Shown: in pieces, positions 9,576-19,863 of the stretch
Numbering within the stretch: position 1 is the stretch's first letter
Layout: every line of letters begins with the position of its first letter
Assembly (NCBI GenBank): GCA_017631375.1
Contig: JAGBTK010000041.1
Span: 4,419-68,418, forward strand
Length of the DNA: 64,000 bases
Origin: Tidjanibacter sp.
GTDB taxonomy: Bacteria > Bacteroidota > Bacteroidia > Bacteroidales > Rikenellaceae
Reading direction: 5' to 3'
Notes under the pieces: generated by a model
Told to the model about the DNA's origin: nothing
The model's database searches: none
What the model saw: only the letters and a program-made list of their open reading frames with translations
Translations under genes and position numbers: made by a program

Positions 9576-9698
9576 AGACGACATATTGTACAGTACAATA
9601 CCAATTAATAGTGATTTTTTGTTTCGATGTTAGCTATATCATAGGAAATATCTATCTTTGTGATTAGCCTAAACAAATAATCAAATTTCTATCTACTT

Positions 9699-10889
9699 AT
9701 GAAGAGAACTATTGTCTGCTTACTGCTGGCATCACTGCTTATTGGTTGCAAGGCCGACCCTATCAACCAACTTACCGACAAGGTATTTGAACTCGCTAAA
9801 AACAATTACACAGCCATCGATGCCACTCTTGACGAGGGTCGCTTCCCACGCTCTATTAACGATGATGGTACTCTACGCACCTCCGATGTGGGGTGGTGGT
9901 GTAGCGGATTTTATCCTGGCTCGCTGTGGCTTATCTATGAATACACGGACGACGAGAGTGTGAAGCAGATGGCGTGGAGTCGCACTAAGACACTACTCCC
10001 TCTCCTTGGCCGCAACACCGACCATGATATTGGTTTTCAGATTAATTGCAGTTTTGGTAATGCGATGCGCATCACGGGCGATACTGCCTCTGTGAAGGAG
10101 TACTATGTGGCTGCTGCCCGAAAACTTGCTGACCGATTCAACCCGGCTGCGGGTGTGATTCGTAGTTGGGATTTCCTGCGCAACGATTGGCGTTATCCTG
10201 TGATTATAGATAATATGATGAACCTCGAACTCCTCACCGTTGCCTCGCGTCTGTCGGGCGATGAGAGTTTTGCCGAGGTGGCTAATACTCACGCCAAAAC
10301 CACACTCCGCAACCACTTCCGTGATGATTTTACAAGTTGGCACCTGATTGACTATGACCCCGTAACGGGCGATGTGCGCTATCGCGAAACGGTGCAGGGA
10401 TATGCTCACTCTTCGGCTTGGGCACGAGGTCAGGCTTGGGCACTATATGGCTATACGATGATGTATCGCGAGACGTCCGATGGTGAATATCTTACTGCTG
10501 CTCAGAGAATTGCCGATGTGATAATCTCCCTTCTTCCTGAAGATGGTATCCCCTGGTGGGATTTCCACGCTCCGGGCACTCCTCACTCCTCGGAGAGTGC
10601 GGCTGAGCCCCTGCGTGACGCCTCGGCAGGTGCAATTATGGCCTCGGCATTTGTGGAGTTGAGTACGCTGACTGCCAATAAGGAACTCTCGGAGAAGTAT
10701 CTTGATGTGGCCCGCACTCAAATTCTCAGCCTTGGCTCACCCGAATATCTTGCCGAAGGCAATGAGGCAGGTGGTTTCTTGTTGAAGCACTGCGTGGGTA
10801 ATCTTCCCGATCGCAGCGAAATAGATGTCCCACTCAGCTATGCCGATTATTACTTCTTGGAGGCTCTTATGCGCTATAAGGCGTTGTAG
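9699..10889 (+). CDS. GH88 unsaturated glucuronyl hydrolase, lipoprotein
   Basis: Lipobox LIGC; WCSGFYPG, HDIGF, IIDNMMNLELL, WARGQAW, YADYYFLEAL; TATCTTTG at 9653-9660. Confidence 0.9.
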   Translation: MKRTIVCLLLASLLIGCKADPINQLTDKVFELAKNNYTAIDATLDEGRFPRSINDDGTLRTSDVGWWCSGFYPGSLWLIYEYTDDESVKQMAWSRTKTLLPLLGRNTDHDIGFQINCSFGNAMRITGDTASVKEYYVAAARKLADRFNPAAGVIRSWDFLRNDWRYPVIIDNMMNLELLTVASRLSGDESFAEVANTHAKTTLRNHFRDDFTSWHLIDYDPVTGDVRYRETVQGYAHSSAWARGQAWALYGYTMMYRETSDGEYLTAAQRIADVIISLLPEDGIPWWDFHAPGTPHSSESAAEPLRDASAGAIMASAFVELSTLTANKELSEKYLDVARTQILSLGSPEYLAEGNEAGGFLLKHCVGNLPDRSEIDVPLSYADYYFLEALMRYKAL

Positions 10890-10903
10890 AAGTGGAGTAA
10901 AAT

Positions 10904-10942
10904 AGAATAGGTGTGCTACTTTGAGAGTAGCACACCTATTCT
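10904..10942. terminator. Bidirectional terminator
   Basis: 17-bp perfect stem AGAATAGGTGTGCTACT/AGTAGCACACCTATTCT. Confidence 0.8.
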
Positions 10943-10962
10943 TATATTAGGCTCTGATAGAG

Positions 10963-12492
10963 TTAAATTTGTGGGAGAGTTGCAAGTGCCTTGTCGAGGC
11001 GGCTGAGGGTCTCCTCCTTGCCAATCACCTCACACATCTCATACATACCGAAGCCCTTGCTCTGACCTACAATCGCTACGCGGAAGGCGTTCATAATGTG
11101 GCCCATATGGATGTTGTTCTCTACAATCCACGAGTGGCAAATCTCCTCGGTGTTCTTGTTCGAGAAGTCATCAATAGCAGCAAGCTTCTCGCGCAAGGTC
11201 GAGATAAGTGCGTGGCTGCCCTCTTTCCAATACTTCTTCACCGCCTTCTCGTCATACTCGGTGGGAGCAATGAAGAGGAACGACGATAAATCCCAGAAAT
11301 CTGCGGGAAAGGTTGCGCGTGTCTTGATGAACTCGGCAATCTGAGCCGACTTCTCAATCGAACACTCAATGCCGTGCTCTGCCATCACCTTCTGATATGC
11401 CTCAGCGAGCTGCTCGCCTGTGCGGGTGTGCATATACTGAGCGTTGAACCACTTGGTCTTATCGGGATTGAAACGAGCACCCGACTTACCAACTCTGTCG
11501 AGCGAGAAGGCAGCAATCAGTTCATCCATCGAGAAAATCTCCTGCTCAGTACCAGGATTCCAACCTAGCAGAGCCAACATGTTTACAAATGCCTCAGGGA
11601 AGTAACCATCCTCGCGGTAGCCTCGTGCGGTCTCACCGGTGGGCGAAGTCCAGAACAAGGGGAATACGGGGAAGCCCATCTTGTCGCCATCGCGCTTACT
11701 CAGTTTGCCCTGGCCTGTGGGTTTGAGCAACAAGGGGAGGTGTGCGAACTCGGGCTGAGTGTCGCTCCAACCAAATGCACGATAGAGGAGATAGTGCAAG
11801 GGAAGGCTGGGGAGCCACTCCTCACCACGAATAACGTGTGAAATCTCCATCAAGTGGTCGTCGACAATGTTTGCCAAGTGATAGGTGGGGAGGCTGTCTG
11901 CCGACTTGTAGAGCACCTTATCGTCCAGAGTGGAGGTGTTAACCGAGATATGACCACGAATCAGGTCGTCCATCTCCACTACCTCGCCAACGGGCATTTT
12001 GAAACGGATAACCCAAACATCGCCACGAGCAATACGCTCTTGCACCTCCTCGGGAGAGAGTGCAAGCGAAGTGGCGAGTTTCTCACGCACAGAGTGGTCG
12101 TAGGCAAAGGTCTTACCCTCGGCCTCCATCTGTGCACGGAGTGCGTTCAGCTCCTCGGGAGTGTCGAAAGCGTAGTAAGCATTACCCGACTCAACAAGCT
12201 GCATAGCATATTTGAGATAAATCTCCTTGCGCTCGCTCTGGCGATAGGGGGCGTGGGGACCACCCTCATCTACACCCTCGTCGATGGTGATACCGCACCA
12301 ACGGAGCGAGTCGAGAATATAACGCTCGGCTCCCTCGACAAAGCGATTGGAGTCAGTGTCCTCAATTCGAAGAATAAAATCACCACCAGCACGACGTGCA
12401 AAGAGGTAGTTGTAAAGGGCGGTACGAACTCCACCCATATGAAGTGGCCCGGTGGGGCTTGGCGCAAAGCGCACTCTCACTCTTCTTTCCAT
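10963..12492 (-). CDS. gltX: Glutamate--tRNA ligase
   Basis: [23 protein letters not shown]; start set at MERRVRVRF. Confidence 0.97.
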   Translation of the reverse strand: MERRVRVRFAPSPTGPLHMGGVRTALYNYLFARRAGGDFILRIEDTDSNRFVEGAERYILDSLRWCGITIDEGVDEGGPHAPYRQSERKEIYLKYAMQLVESGNAYYAFDTPEELNALRAQMEAEGKTFAYDHSVREKLATSLALSPEEVQERIARGDVWVIRFKMPVGEVVEMDDLIRGHISVNTSTLDDKVLYKSADSLPTYHLANIVDDHLMEISHVIRGEEWLPSLPLHYLLYRAFGWSDTQPEFAHLPLLLKPTGQGKLSKRDGDKMGFPVFPLFWTSPTGETARGYREDGYFPEAFVNMLALLGWNPGTEQEIFSMDELIAAFSLDRVGKSGARFNPDKTKWFNAQYMHTRTGEQLAEAYQKVMAEHGIECSIEKSAQIAEFIKTRATFPADFWDLSSFLFIAPTEYDEKAVKKYWKEGSHALISTLREKLAAIDDFSNKNTEEICHSWIVENNIHMGHIMNAFRVAIVGQSKGFGMYEMCEVIGKEETLSRLDKALATLPQI

Positions 12493-12527
12493 ATTTTTAT
12501 TCACTTAGTTTCAATTTCTTTGTTGTG

Positions 12528-13628
12528 CTATACGTTGAACAGGAAGTGCATAATGTCGCCATCCTGCACTACATACTCCTTACCCTCGATGCCGATTTTA
12601 CCAGCCTCACGGCAAGCCTTCTCGCTGCCGAGAGTGGTGTAGTCTGCATATTTGATAACCTCAGCACGGATAAAGCCACGCTCGAAGTCAGTGTGGATAA
12701 TTCCCGCTGCCTGAGGTGCTTTTGTGCCACGAGTGTAGGTCCAAGCACGGGTCTCGTCTGCACCGGTGGTGAAGTAGGTCTCCAGGTCGAGCAACTTGTA
12801 AGCCATCTTAATCAGTCGGCTCACACCAGATTCCTGCAAGCCAATCTCCTCCAAGAATGCCTGACGCTCCTCGTGGCTTTCCAACTCGGCGATATCTGCC
12901 TCGGTCGAAGCGGCAACAACCAACAACTCTGCGTGCTCGTCAGCAATTGCACGACGCACCTGCTCTACATATTCGTTGCCATCCTTTGCGCTATCCTCAT
13001 CTACATTACAAACATAGAGCACGGGTTTAAGGGTAAGCAGACTGAGGTCGGAGAAGAGTTTCTTATCCTCCTTGTCAATCTCTACACTGCGTGCGGGTTT
13101 GCCCTGCTCCAAAGCCTTCTGGAAGGCCTGCAATAGCTCTACCTGACGCTTTGCAGTCTTGTCGCCACCTACTGCAGCCTGCTTCTGAATCTTCGACAGG
13201 CGGTTCTCGATGGTCTCCAGATCTTTGAGCATCAACTCAGTATCAACGGTCTCCTTGTCGCGTACGGGGTCAATTGTACCATCGACGTGGGTGATGTTGT
13301 TATTCGAGAAGCAACGCAGAACGTGGATAATGGCGTCTGTGTTACGAATATTTGCAAGGAACTTGTTGCCCAGACCCTCGCCACGCGATGCACCTCGTAC
13401 AAGACCTGCAATATCTACAATCTCGATGGTGGTGGGGATGACCTTCTTGGGGTTATCAATCTCTGCCAGACGAGTGAGTCGCTCATCGGGTACGGTAATC
13501 ATACCCACATTGGGCTCAATGGTGCAGAAAGGGAAGTTTGCTGCCTGTGCCTTAGCATTGGAAAGGCAGTTGAAAAGTGTCGATTTGCCTACGTTGGGCA
13601 GTCCGACTATACCGCATTGAAGTGACAT
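12528..13628 (-). CDS. ychF: Redox-regulated ATPase YchF
   Basis: GIVGLPNVGKST, NFPFCTIEPN, DIAGLV, GEGLGNKFL, TGS domain; start at MSLQCG. Confidence 0.97.
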   Translation of the reverse strand: MSLQCGIVGLPNVGKSTLFNCLSNAKAQAANFPFCTIEPNVGMITVPDERLTRLAEIDNPKKVIPTTIEIVDIAGLVRGASRGEGLGNKFLANIRNTDAIIHVLRCFSNNNITHVDGTIDPVRDKETVDTELMLKDLETIENRLSKIQKQAAVGGDKTAKRQVELLQAFQKALEQGKPARSVEIDKEDKKLFSDLSLLTLKPVLYVCNVDEDSAKDGNEYVEQVRRAIADEHAELLVVAASTEADIAELESHEERQAFLEEIGLQESGVSRLIKMAYKLLDLETYFTTGADETRAWTYTRGTKAPQAAGIIHTDFERGFIRAEVIKYADYTTLGSEKACREAGKIGIEGKEYVVQDGDIMHFLFNV

Positions 13629-13779
13629 ATCTTTATATATTATTCTTATAATTGGCGCAAATATACTCATTTCTCTCGATAATTTCCTCTATTATTTGTC
13701 TTTTCGGCTGAGAAATGTTAACTTTGAGAGTTTGAAAACTATTCTTGTTTAACGATAAATATAATTTAAGAGAGATATT

Positions 13780-14883
13780 ATGAACTGGAGTGAGATAAGC
13801 AGACAACTCAAACTGATGGAGGCTATTGTTGACCAGGCACAGCATTCGGGCGAGATGAGCGACCTGGAGCGCGATCTGTTGCTCGAAACACTGCGTAAAT
13901 GTTATGCGGAGGTGCGCTATTCGGTGATAGAGGCGAGTCAAAGCATTCAGCCCGAGATGGTGGCTGCGGCTACGGCTGCGGCTGAGGTTGCCGAAGAGAA
14001 AGTTGTCGAGATTGAGGAGGAGGTTGTATCGGAAGAGCCTACCGAGATTGAGGAGGAGATTGCTGCCGAGATTGAGGAGGAGGCTACTGCCGAAGCTCCT
14101 GCCTTTGTAGAGGAGGTGGTAGAAGATGAAGAGGTGGAGATTGCTCCTGCCGAGGCTGAGCAGCCTGCTGAAGAGGTGGTGACTACCGTAAGACACAAAC
14201 TTGACCGTCAAACTATTCGCTCGCTCTATGATGATGACGCTCCCTCGTCGGTGGCTACTTTTGAGCCTGTGGCAGAGGTGGTAGCACCTGAGGAGGAGAG
14301 TCCCGCAGAAGAGGAGATCACTCCTGTATTTGAGATTACCGAGGAGGAGAGTGCCGAGGAGGAGAATGTGGTCTATATGGACGAGGAAGAGGATGTTGAG
14401 GAAGAGGAGAGTGCGCACTCGATTTTTGAGATAACAGACGAGGACGAGTACGAAGAGGAGTACGAAGAGGAGATCGAGGAGTTGCCTTTCAGTTTCCGCG
14501 AGGCTGAGGAGGAAGAGTCTTCAGAGGATGTTGCGCCCACCATTGCCGATGCAGCGCAACCTGTTACCGTGCTTGGAGATGTGGTAGGTGCAGAGCGCAC
14601 AACCATTGCCGACAGCATAACTCCCAAGGATGATATCGCATCGGTAATCGGTAGCAGTCATCTTCGCTCGTTGCGTAGTGCTATTGGTCTGAATGACAAG
14701 TTCTTGCTGATTCGTGACCTCTTCGAGGGAGATAATAGTGCATATGAGGCAGCAATCGATGGTCTGGACAGTTGTCAGAGCCTTGATGATGCTATGCTCT
14801 ATATCTTCGATAATTTTGCGTGGGATGGTGAGTGTGATGGTGCAAAGTTGCTGACCGAACTCCTCTCGCGTCGTTTCCAATAA
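13780..14883 (+). CDS. Hypothetical protein with a very acidic low-complexity centre and folded termini
   Basis: 367 aa; Glu-rich middle; C-terminal IGLNDKFLLIRDLF helical domain; TAACTTTG upstream. Confidence 0.8.
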   Translation: MNWSEISRQLKLMEAIVDQAQHSGEMSDLERDLLLETLRKCYAEVRYSVIEASQSIQPEMVAAATAAAEVAEEKVVEIEEEVVSEEPTEIEEEIAAEIEEEATAEAPAFVEEVVEDEEVEIAPAEAEQPAEEVVTTVRHKLDRQTIRSLYDDDAPSSVATFEPVAEVVAPEEESPAEEEITPVFEITEEESAEEENVVYMDEEEDVEEEESAHSIFEITDEDEYEEEYEEEIEELPFSFREAEEEESSEDVAPTIADAAQPVTVLGDVVGAERTTIADSITPKDDIASVIGSSHLRSLRSAIGLNDKFLLIRDLFEGDNSAYEAAIDGLDSCQSLDDAMLYIFDNFAWDGECDGAKLLTELLSRRFQ

Positions 14884-14895
14884 TAGCAATAGAAA

Positions 14896-15609
14896 ATGGC
14901 AAAACTATATTTAATACCCACTCCTATTGGCAATCTTGAAGACATCACTCTTCGTGCTTTGCGACTATTGCGTGAGGCCGATGTGATACTTGCCGAAGAT
15001 ACCCGTACAAGTTCGGTGCTGCTCAAACACTACGATATTCAGGGCCACCTGATGGCGCACCACAAGTTTAACGAGCACGCCTCGTCGGTAGCAGTTGCTG
15101 AGCGCATAGAGGCAGGGCAGAATGTGGTACTGATCTCCGATGCAGGTACTCCCGGTATCTCCGACCCTGGCTTTCTGCTTGTGCGTACCTGTGTGGAGCG
15201 AGGGATTGAGGTGGAGTGTTTGCCTGGTGCTACGGCATTTGTGCCTGCACTTGTGCAGAGTGGCTTCCCCTGCGACAGATTCTGCTTTGAGGGCTTTCTG
15301 CCTCAGAAGAAGGGTCGTCAGAAACGATTGCAACAGCTCTCTGGTGAGCCTCGCTCGATAGTCTTCTACGAGTCGCCATATCGTGTTGTGAAGTGCTTGG
15401 AGCAACTTGCAGAGGTCTTTGGTGCGGAGCGCAGAGTGGCAGTAAGCCGTGAGCTGACGAAGAAATTTGAAGAGACCGTGCGTGGCACTCTCTCGGAGGT
15501 GATTGCTCACTTCAAGGCAAAACCGCCTAAGGGTGAGTTTGTTATCGTCTTGGCAGGAGAGGGCGATCGCTATAATAAAACTGAGGAGGAGAACGAAGAT
15601 GACGAATAA
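14896..15609 (+). CDS. rsmI: 16S rRNA C1402 2'-O-methyltransferase
   Basis: PTPIGNLEDIT, AEDTR, SDAGTPGISDPG, FYESPYR, RELTKKFE. Confidence 0.95.
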   Translation: MAKLYLIPTPIGNLEDITLRALRLLREADVILAEDTRTSSVLLKHYDIQGHLMAHHKFNEHASSVAVAERIEAGQNVVLISDAGTPGISDPGFLLVRTCVERGIEVECLPGATAFVPALVQSGFPCDRFCFEGFLPQKKGRQKRLQQLSGEPRSIVFYESPYRVVKCLEQLAEVFGAERRVAVSRELTKKFEETVRGTLSEVIAHFKAKPPKGEFVIVLAGEGDRYNKTEEENEDDE

Positions 15610-16978
15610 TGAGATTGATAAAGCGAAGAGTGGCAAGAGCCATCTGGACAACTTTATCAAATATCTGAAAGAGCGTTTCGACCTGCGCGAGGATAGTGCT
15701 TCGGAGCAGGAGGTGGCCGAGAGAGTGGGCAGGGGAGTAGTCTTCAAGGGGACTAACCTCTGGGTGCTCATCTTTGCCATTATGATTGCGTCGTTGGGTC
15801 TTAATGTGAACTCGACGGCGGTGATTATCGGCGCAATGCTCATATCGCCCCTTATGGGCCCACTGATTGGTATCGGATTCTCGCTCGGTACCAATGACTT
15901 TGAGCTGTTGAAAAATGCAATGCGCAACTTCCTGCTGATGGTGAGTGTGAGTATCGTGACTTCGACTCTATATTTTCTTATATCGCCTATTACTGTGGCG
16001 CAGAGTGAGTTGCTGGCGCGAACAACCCCTACGACCTACGATGTGTTGATTGCACTCTTTGGTGGTTTGGCGGGTATGGTAGCCCTGACTCGTAAGGATC
16101 GTTCGTTTGTGGTGGTGGCGGGTGTGGCTATTGCTACCGCCCTGATGCCCCCTCTCTGCACAGCAGGTTACGGTATTGCTACGGGGCAGTTCCGATACTT
16201 TATCGGTGCTTTTTACCTCTTCTTTATCAACTCGCTCTTTATCTCGCTGGCGAGCTATGCTATTGTTGCTCTGCTACACTACCAGAAGAAGACGCAGATT
16301 GATAAGGAGAAAGAGAAACGAGTGCGCAAAATTATGTATGTGGTTATTGTGGTGACTATAGTGCCAAGTGTGATTCTGGCTTACGGAATTATTCAACACA
16401 CCTCATTCGAGGAGAATGCAGACCGATATGTAACCTCCGTCTTCCACTACAACGATACTATGCTCCTCGATTACCAAAAGAATTACCACTACAAGAACCG
16501 TCAGTCGGAGATTGTGGTGCGATTGGTGGGTGAGCCACTCTCGCAGAGTGCTATCGACAATGCCCGCTCGCAGATGGAGAACTATGGGTTGAAGAATACA
16601 GACCTTGTTATCCGCCAGACCGATACAAAGGGCGAGAGTGTGGATGTTACTGCTCTGCAAAAGAGCTATTCGGAGCTATTGGAGGAGAAGAACGCACAGA
16701 TTGCACGCTTGCAGAGCCGAGTGGCATCGCTCTCCATCCCCGATACTCTGAGTGTGTCGGATATCTCGCGTGAGGCGGCTCAGGTGGTCGATAATGTTGC
16801 GTCGCTCTCGATCTCAAAGCACATTACCTACTCGGCTGAGGGAGTGGCTACGGATACTCTTTTCTACTGCTTCGTGGAGCAAAAGGATAGCTTGGCGGTT
16901 GATGTGGATAGGCTCGGAGAGTGGCTGAAAGTGAGAATCAAGGCAAACGATTTGAGAGTAATTATCAATAATGAGTAG
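15599..16978 (+). CDS. DUF389/TIGR00341 family membrane protein
   Basis: NSTAVIIGAMLISPLMGP, ELLART, GVAIATALMPPLC; start moved to ATG 15599, overlapping the end of rsmI. Confidence 0.85.
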   Translation: MTNNEIDKAKSGKSHLDNFIKYLKERFDLREDSASEQEVAERVGRGVVFKGTNLWVLIFAIMIASLGLNVNSTAVIIGAMLISPLMGPLIGIGFSLGTNDFELLKNAMRNFLLMVSVSIVTSTLYFLISPITVAQSELLARTTPTTYDVLIALFGGLAGMVALTRKDRSFVVVAGVAIATALMPPLCTAGYGIATGQFRYFIGAFYLFFINSLFISLASYAIVALLHYQKKTQIDKEKEKRVRKIMYVVIVVTIVPSVILAYGIIQHTSFEENADRYVTSVFHYNDTMLLDYQKNYHYKNRQSEIVVRLVGEPLSQSAIDNARSQMENYGLKNTDLVIRQTDTKGESVDVTALQKSYSELLEEKNAQIARLQSRVASLSIPDTLSVSDISREAAQVVDNVASLSISKHITYSAEGVATDTLFYCFVEQKDSLAVDVDRLGEWLKVRIKANDLRVIINNE

Positions 16979-17885
16979 TAGCTACGAAAATAAATATACC
17001 CGCAAGCAGAAGATAGGAGCGTGGTGGTTGATGGCCGGGGCGAAACTTGTTGGCTGGCTGCCTAATTGGTTTCTGTACCACTGCTTTGCGCCCTTTATCT
17101 ACTTTGTGATGTATCGCTTGTTGGGCTATCGCAAAGGGGTTGTGCGCGAGAATCTTGTCACTACCTTTCCCGAAAAGAGTAGTCAGGAGATTAGGGAGAT
17201 TGAGCAGAAGTTTTATCGTCACCTATCGGAAATCGTGGTCGATACCTTTGATCTGGCAAGTATGAGCCACAAAGAGGTGAAATGCAGACTTGAGATAGAG
17301 AACATGGAGGAGCATCTTGAGGCTACACGAGGCAAGGATTGGGTTGCTGCGCTCGGTCATTATGGGTCGTGGGAGTTTTTCTGTGGTTATGGTCTGCACG
17401 ATAAGGAGGCTACTGCGATTGGTGTTTATCATCCGCTGAAAAATAAGGCTTTCGACCTCTTCTACCGTCGTATGCGCTTGCGAATAGGCGCAGAACCAAC
17501 CCCGATGAAGTTATTGTTGCGCAGATTGGTTTCGGCAAGACGCGACGGTGAGAGATTTATTTTGGGATTGATTGCTGACCAATCGCCTCCCAAGAATTAC
17601 GATATAGACCATTGGTATAACTTCCTCGGTCGACCTACTGCATTCTTCAGTGGGTTGGAACATATCAGTGCTAAGTTTGGCACGCCTGTTTATTACTTAG
17701 AGATTGATAAGGTAAAACCCGGGCACTACACCAGCCGATTTGTGCAGATTTACGACGGCGTGGAGGAGGTTGCCGAGTACGAGATAACACAACGATATGC
17801 CGATGCGTTGAGTAATACGATTCGTCGCCGACCTGAGTTGTGGCTCTGGTCGCACAAACGCTGGAAACAACAACCGAAAAAGTAA
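16971..17885 (+). CDS. Lipid A late acyltransferase (LpxL/HtrB family)
   Basis: HYGSWE, IADQSP, FLGRPT, WLWSHKRWK. Confidence 0.88.
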   Translation: MSSSYENKYTRKQKIGAWWLMAGAKLVGWLPNWFLYHCFAPFIYFVMYRLLGYRKGVVRENLVTTFPEKSSQEIREIEQKFYRHLSEIVVDTFDLASMSHKEVKCRLEIENMEEHLEATRGKDWVAALGHYGSWEFFCGYGLHDKEATAIGVYHPLKNKAFDLFYRRMRLRIGAEPTPMKLLLRRLVSARRDGERFILGLIADQSPPKNYDIDHWYNFLGRPTAFFSGLEHISAKFGTPVYYLEIDKVKPGHYTSRFVQIYDGVEEVAEYEITQRYADALSNTIRRRPELWLWSHKRWKQQPKK

Positions 17886-17893
17886 GTAATGCT

Positions 17894-18901
17894 TTGAAAA
17901 TCAATGTTGTCATACTGAATTGGAACGGACGGAAGATGCTTGCAGAGTATCTCCCGAAGGTTGTTGCAACCCTACCCGAATGGGTAACGCTGACTGTGGC
18001 TGACAATGGCTCGGAGGATGACTCGTTGGCGTGGCTTGCGGAGAACTATCCGCAGGTGGAGAGGGTTATGCTGGACAAGAATTATGGCTATGCGGGTGGT
18101 TATCGCAGAGCGTTGGATATGCTATCGGACGACATCTTTATTCTGCTCAACTCCGATGTTGCTCCTGCCGAGGGGTGGGTGGAGAGTCTGACGGCTCCTT
18201 TTGCTGATGAGAAGGTGGCGGCTGCCTCGCCTAAAATTTTGTCGGTGGCAGAGCCCCAGCGATTTGAGTATGCGGGTGCTGCGGGAGGATTTATCGACTC
18301 GTTTGGCTACCCATTCTGTCGTGGTCGCATCCTGTCAACTGTGGAGTATGATGAGGGACAGTATGATACACCTTGCTCGGTCTTTTGGGCATCCGGAGCT
18401 TGTCTGGCTGTGAGAGCTACGGCTCTGCGAGAGGTGGGATCGCTTGATGAACACTTCTTTGCCCATATGGAGGAGATAGATCTCTGCTGGCGACTGTGGA
18501 GCGCAGGGTGGAGAGTGATGGTTGAGCCTCGCTCGGTGGTCTATCACCTGGGCGGAGGTACGCTCCCCAATAACTCTCCTCGCAAACTATACCTCAACTT
18601 CCGCAATTCACTCGTTATGATGTATAAGAATCTGCCTAAGAGAGGGTTGTGGCGATTGTGGACGAGAATGGTGCTCGATGGTGGCTCGGCATTGGTCTAT
18701 TTGTTGACAGGAAAGATGGAGTATTTCAAGGCTGTGTGGAGTGCCCACCAAGATTTCAGGAAGATGCGCAAGGAGTATCTGAAAGCGGAACGCAAAATGG
18801 TGCAGAGCAGGATGGTCGCCCAACCCGAAGGCATCTACCGAGGCTCGATATTGCTGAGATATCTGCTCGGCAAGAGGAGGTTTGAGGGAATCGGAGAGTA
18901 A
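17894..18901 (+). CDS. GT2 glycosyltransferase (WbbL-like)
   Basis: VILNWNG, DNGSED, NYGYAGGY, LLNSD, WASGAC, HMEEIDLCWR; TTG start inferred. Confidence 0.88.
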   Translation: MKINVVILNWNGRKMLAEYLPKVVATLPEWVTLTVADNGSEDDSLAWLAENYPQVERVMLDKNYGYAGGYRRALDMLSDDIFILLNSDVAPAEGWVESLTAPFADEKVAAASPKILSVAEPQRFEYAGAAGGFIDSFGYPFCRGRILSTVEYDEGQYDTPCSVFWASGACLAVRATALREVGSLDEHFFAHMEEIDLCWRLWSAGWRVMVEPRSVVYHLGGGTLPNNSPRKLYLNFRNSLVMMYKNLPKRGLWRLWTRMVLDGGSALVYLLTGKMEYFKAVWSAHQDFRKMRKEYLKAERKMVQSRMVAQPEGIYRGSILLRYLLGKRRFEGIGE

Positions 18902-18941
18902 AAATAAAAGCGAGAAGAAAATCTCTTCTCGCTTTTATTTT
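18901..18941. terminator. Bidirectional terminator
   Basis: AAAATAAAAGCGAGAAGA...TCTTCTCGCTTTTATTTT. Confidence 0.85.
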
Positions 18942-18958
18942 GCTTAGGCGTAAAACTC

Positions 18959-19279
18959 CTACTGCTGCTGCAAGTCTGCGGGAGCCTGCATAACCATACT
19001 CTTGTCGATGCGGATGCTGACATTGTTGTCAACCTCCATCAGAATATAGCTCTCTTTTACCTCCTTAACGGTGCCGTAGATACCACCGGCCGAGATAATT
19101 TTGTCGCCACGCTTAAGGCTGTCGCGGAATTTCTGCAACTCCTTCTGACGCTTCTGCTGAGGACGAATCATAAAGAGCCACATTACACCAAAGATGAGCA
19201 CCATCATAATGAGGAAGCTCATATTGCTACCAGCAGCGGGCTGTGCTGCTGCCTGCAAGAACATTGTCATCATAGTCAT
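18959..19279 (-). CDS. yajC: Preprotein translocase subunit YajC
   Basis: Single TM segment, FMIRPQQKRQKE, GDKIISAGGIYG. Confidence 0.93.
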   Translation of the reverse strand: MTMMTMFLQAAAQPAAGSNMSFLIMMVLIFGVMWLFMIRPQQKRQKELQKFRDSLKRGDKIISAGGIYGTVKEVKESYILMEVDNNVSIRIDKSMVMQAPADLQQQ

Positions 19280-19377
19280 TGTTTTATAAATTATTAATTG
19301 TTTGTTTCAATTCTACAAATGTAATCAATCCCTCGTCTAAAAACAAATACTCTACCAAATCGGACAGATAAGTGACC

Positions 19378-19848
19378 TTATCGAACATCGGCTGTGATTA
19401 CCAGATGGAGAGGCTCTTCCGAAAGGGAGGTTGTGAGGTAGAGGTTTTGCGAGAACCTGCCACCATAGCCTGCCGAGTCGAATCGCACCTCAATATCTCT
19501 TGAACGCTCGCCCTGAATAGGCTCGGTGGAGAACTCTACACCTACACACCCACAAGTGGTGCGACTGCTGAGCAGAAGCATCGGCTCGCTCTCTTCATTG
19601 CGCACAACAACCTTCTTGGTGACAATCTCGCCGGCACTAACCCTACCCATATAGATAGTGTCGATTGCCTGCTTGGTGTTCAGACGCTCAGCCGATAGTT
19701 TGATACCCTGCTTCGTGTTGCTATGAGGGTGATCGTGCTGCTCTGTATGCTGATGTTCTGCTTCGGTGATCTGGCGATTTAATTTACCACCACAACTTAT
19801 ACAAAGTAACGCAATAAGAACAACGGCAGTATATCGTATGATATTCAT
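19378..19848 (-). CDS. DUF1573 domain lipoprotein
   Basis: Lipobox CISC, TTCGC motif, position between nusB and yajC as is typical for Bacteroidetes. Confidence 0.8.
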   Translation of the reverse strand: MNIIRYTAVVLIALLCISCGGKLNRQITEAEHQHTEQHDHPHSNTKQGIKLSAERLNTKQAIDTIYMGRVSAGEIVTKKVVVRNEESEPMLLLSSRTTCGCVGVEFSTEPIQGERSRDIEVRFDSAGYGGRFSQNLYLTTSLSEEPLHLVITADVR

Positions 19849-19863
19849 TGCTAGTATGTTACC

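Noticed and set aside
9564-9584. ORF-track ATG start (9584) for the His-rich uORF
   Set aside because: It lies upstream of the -7 promoter element, so it would not be on that transcript; GTG 9563 gives a normal signal-like N-terminus.
15503-15598. Long apparent overlaps from ORF-track starts (DUF389 at 15503; also GT2 17840, nusB 20859, VorB-like 51906, ychF 13670, M23 44119)
   Set aside because: Downstream starts match the family N-termini and remove the overlaps.
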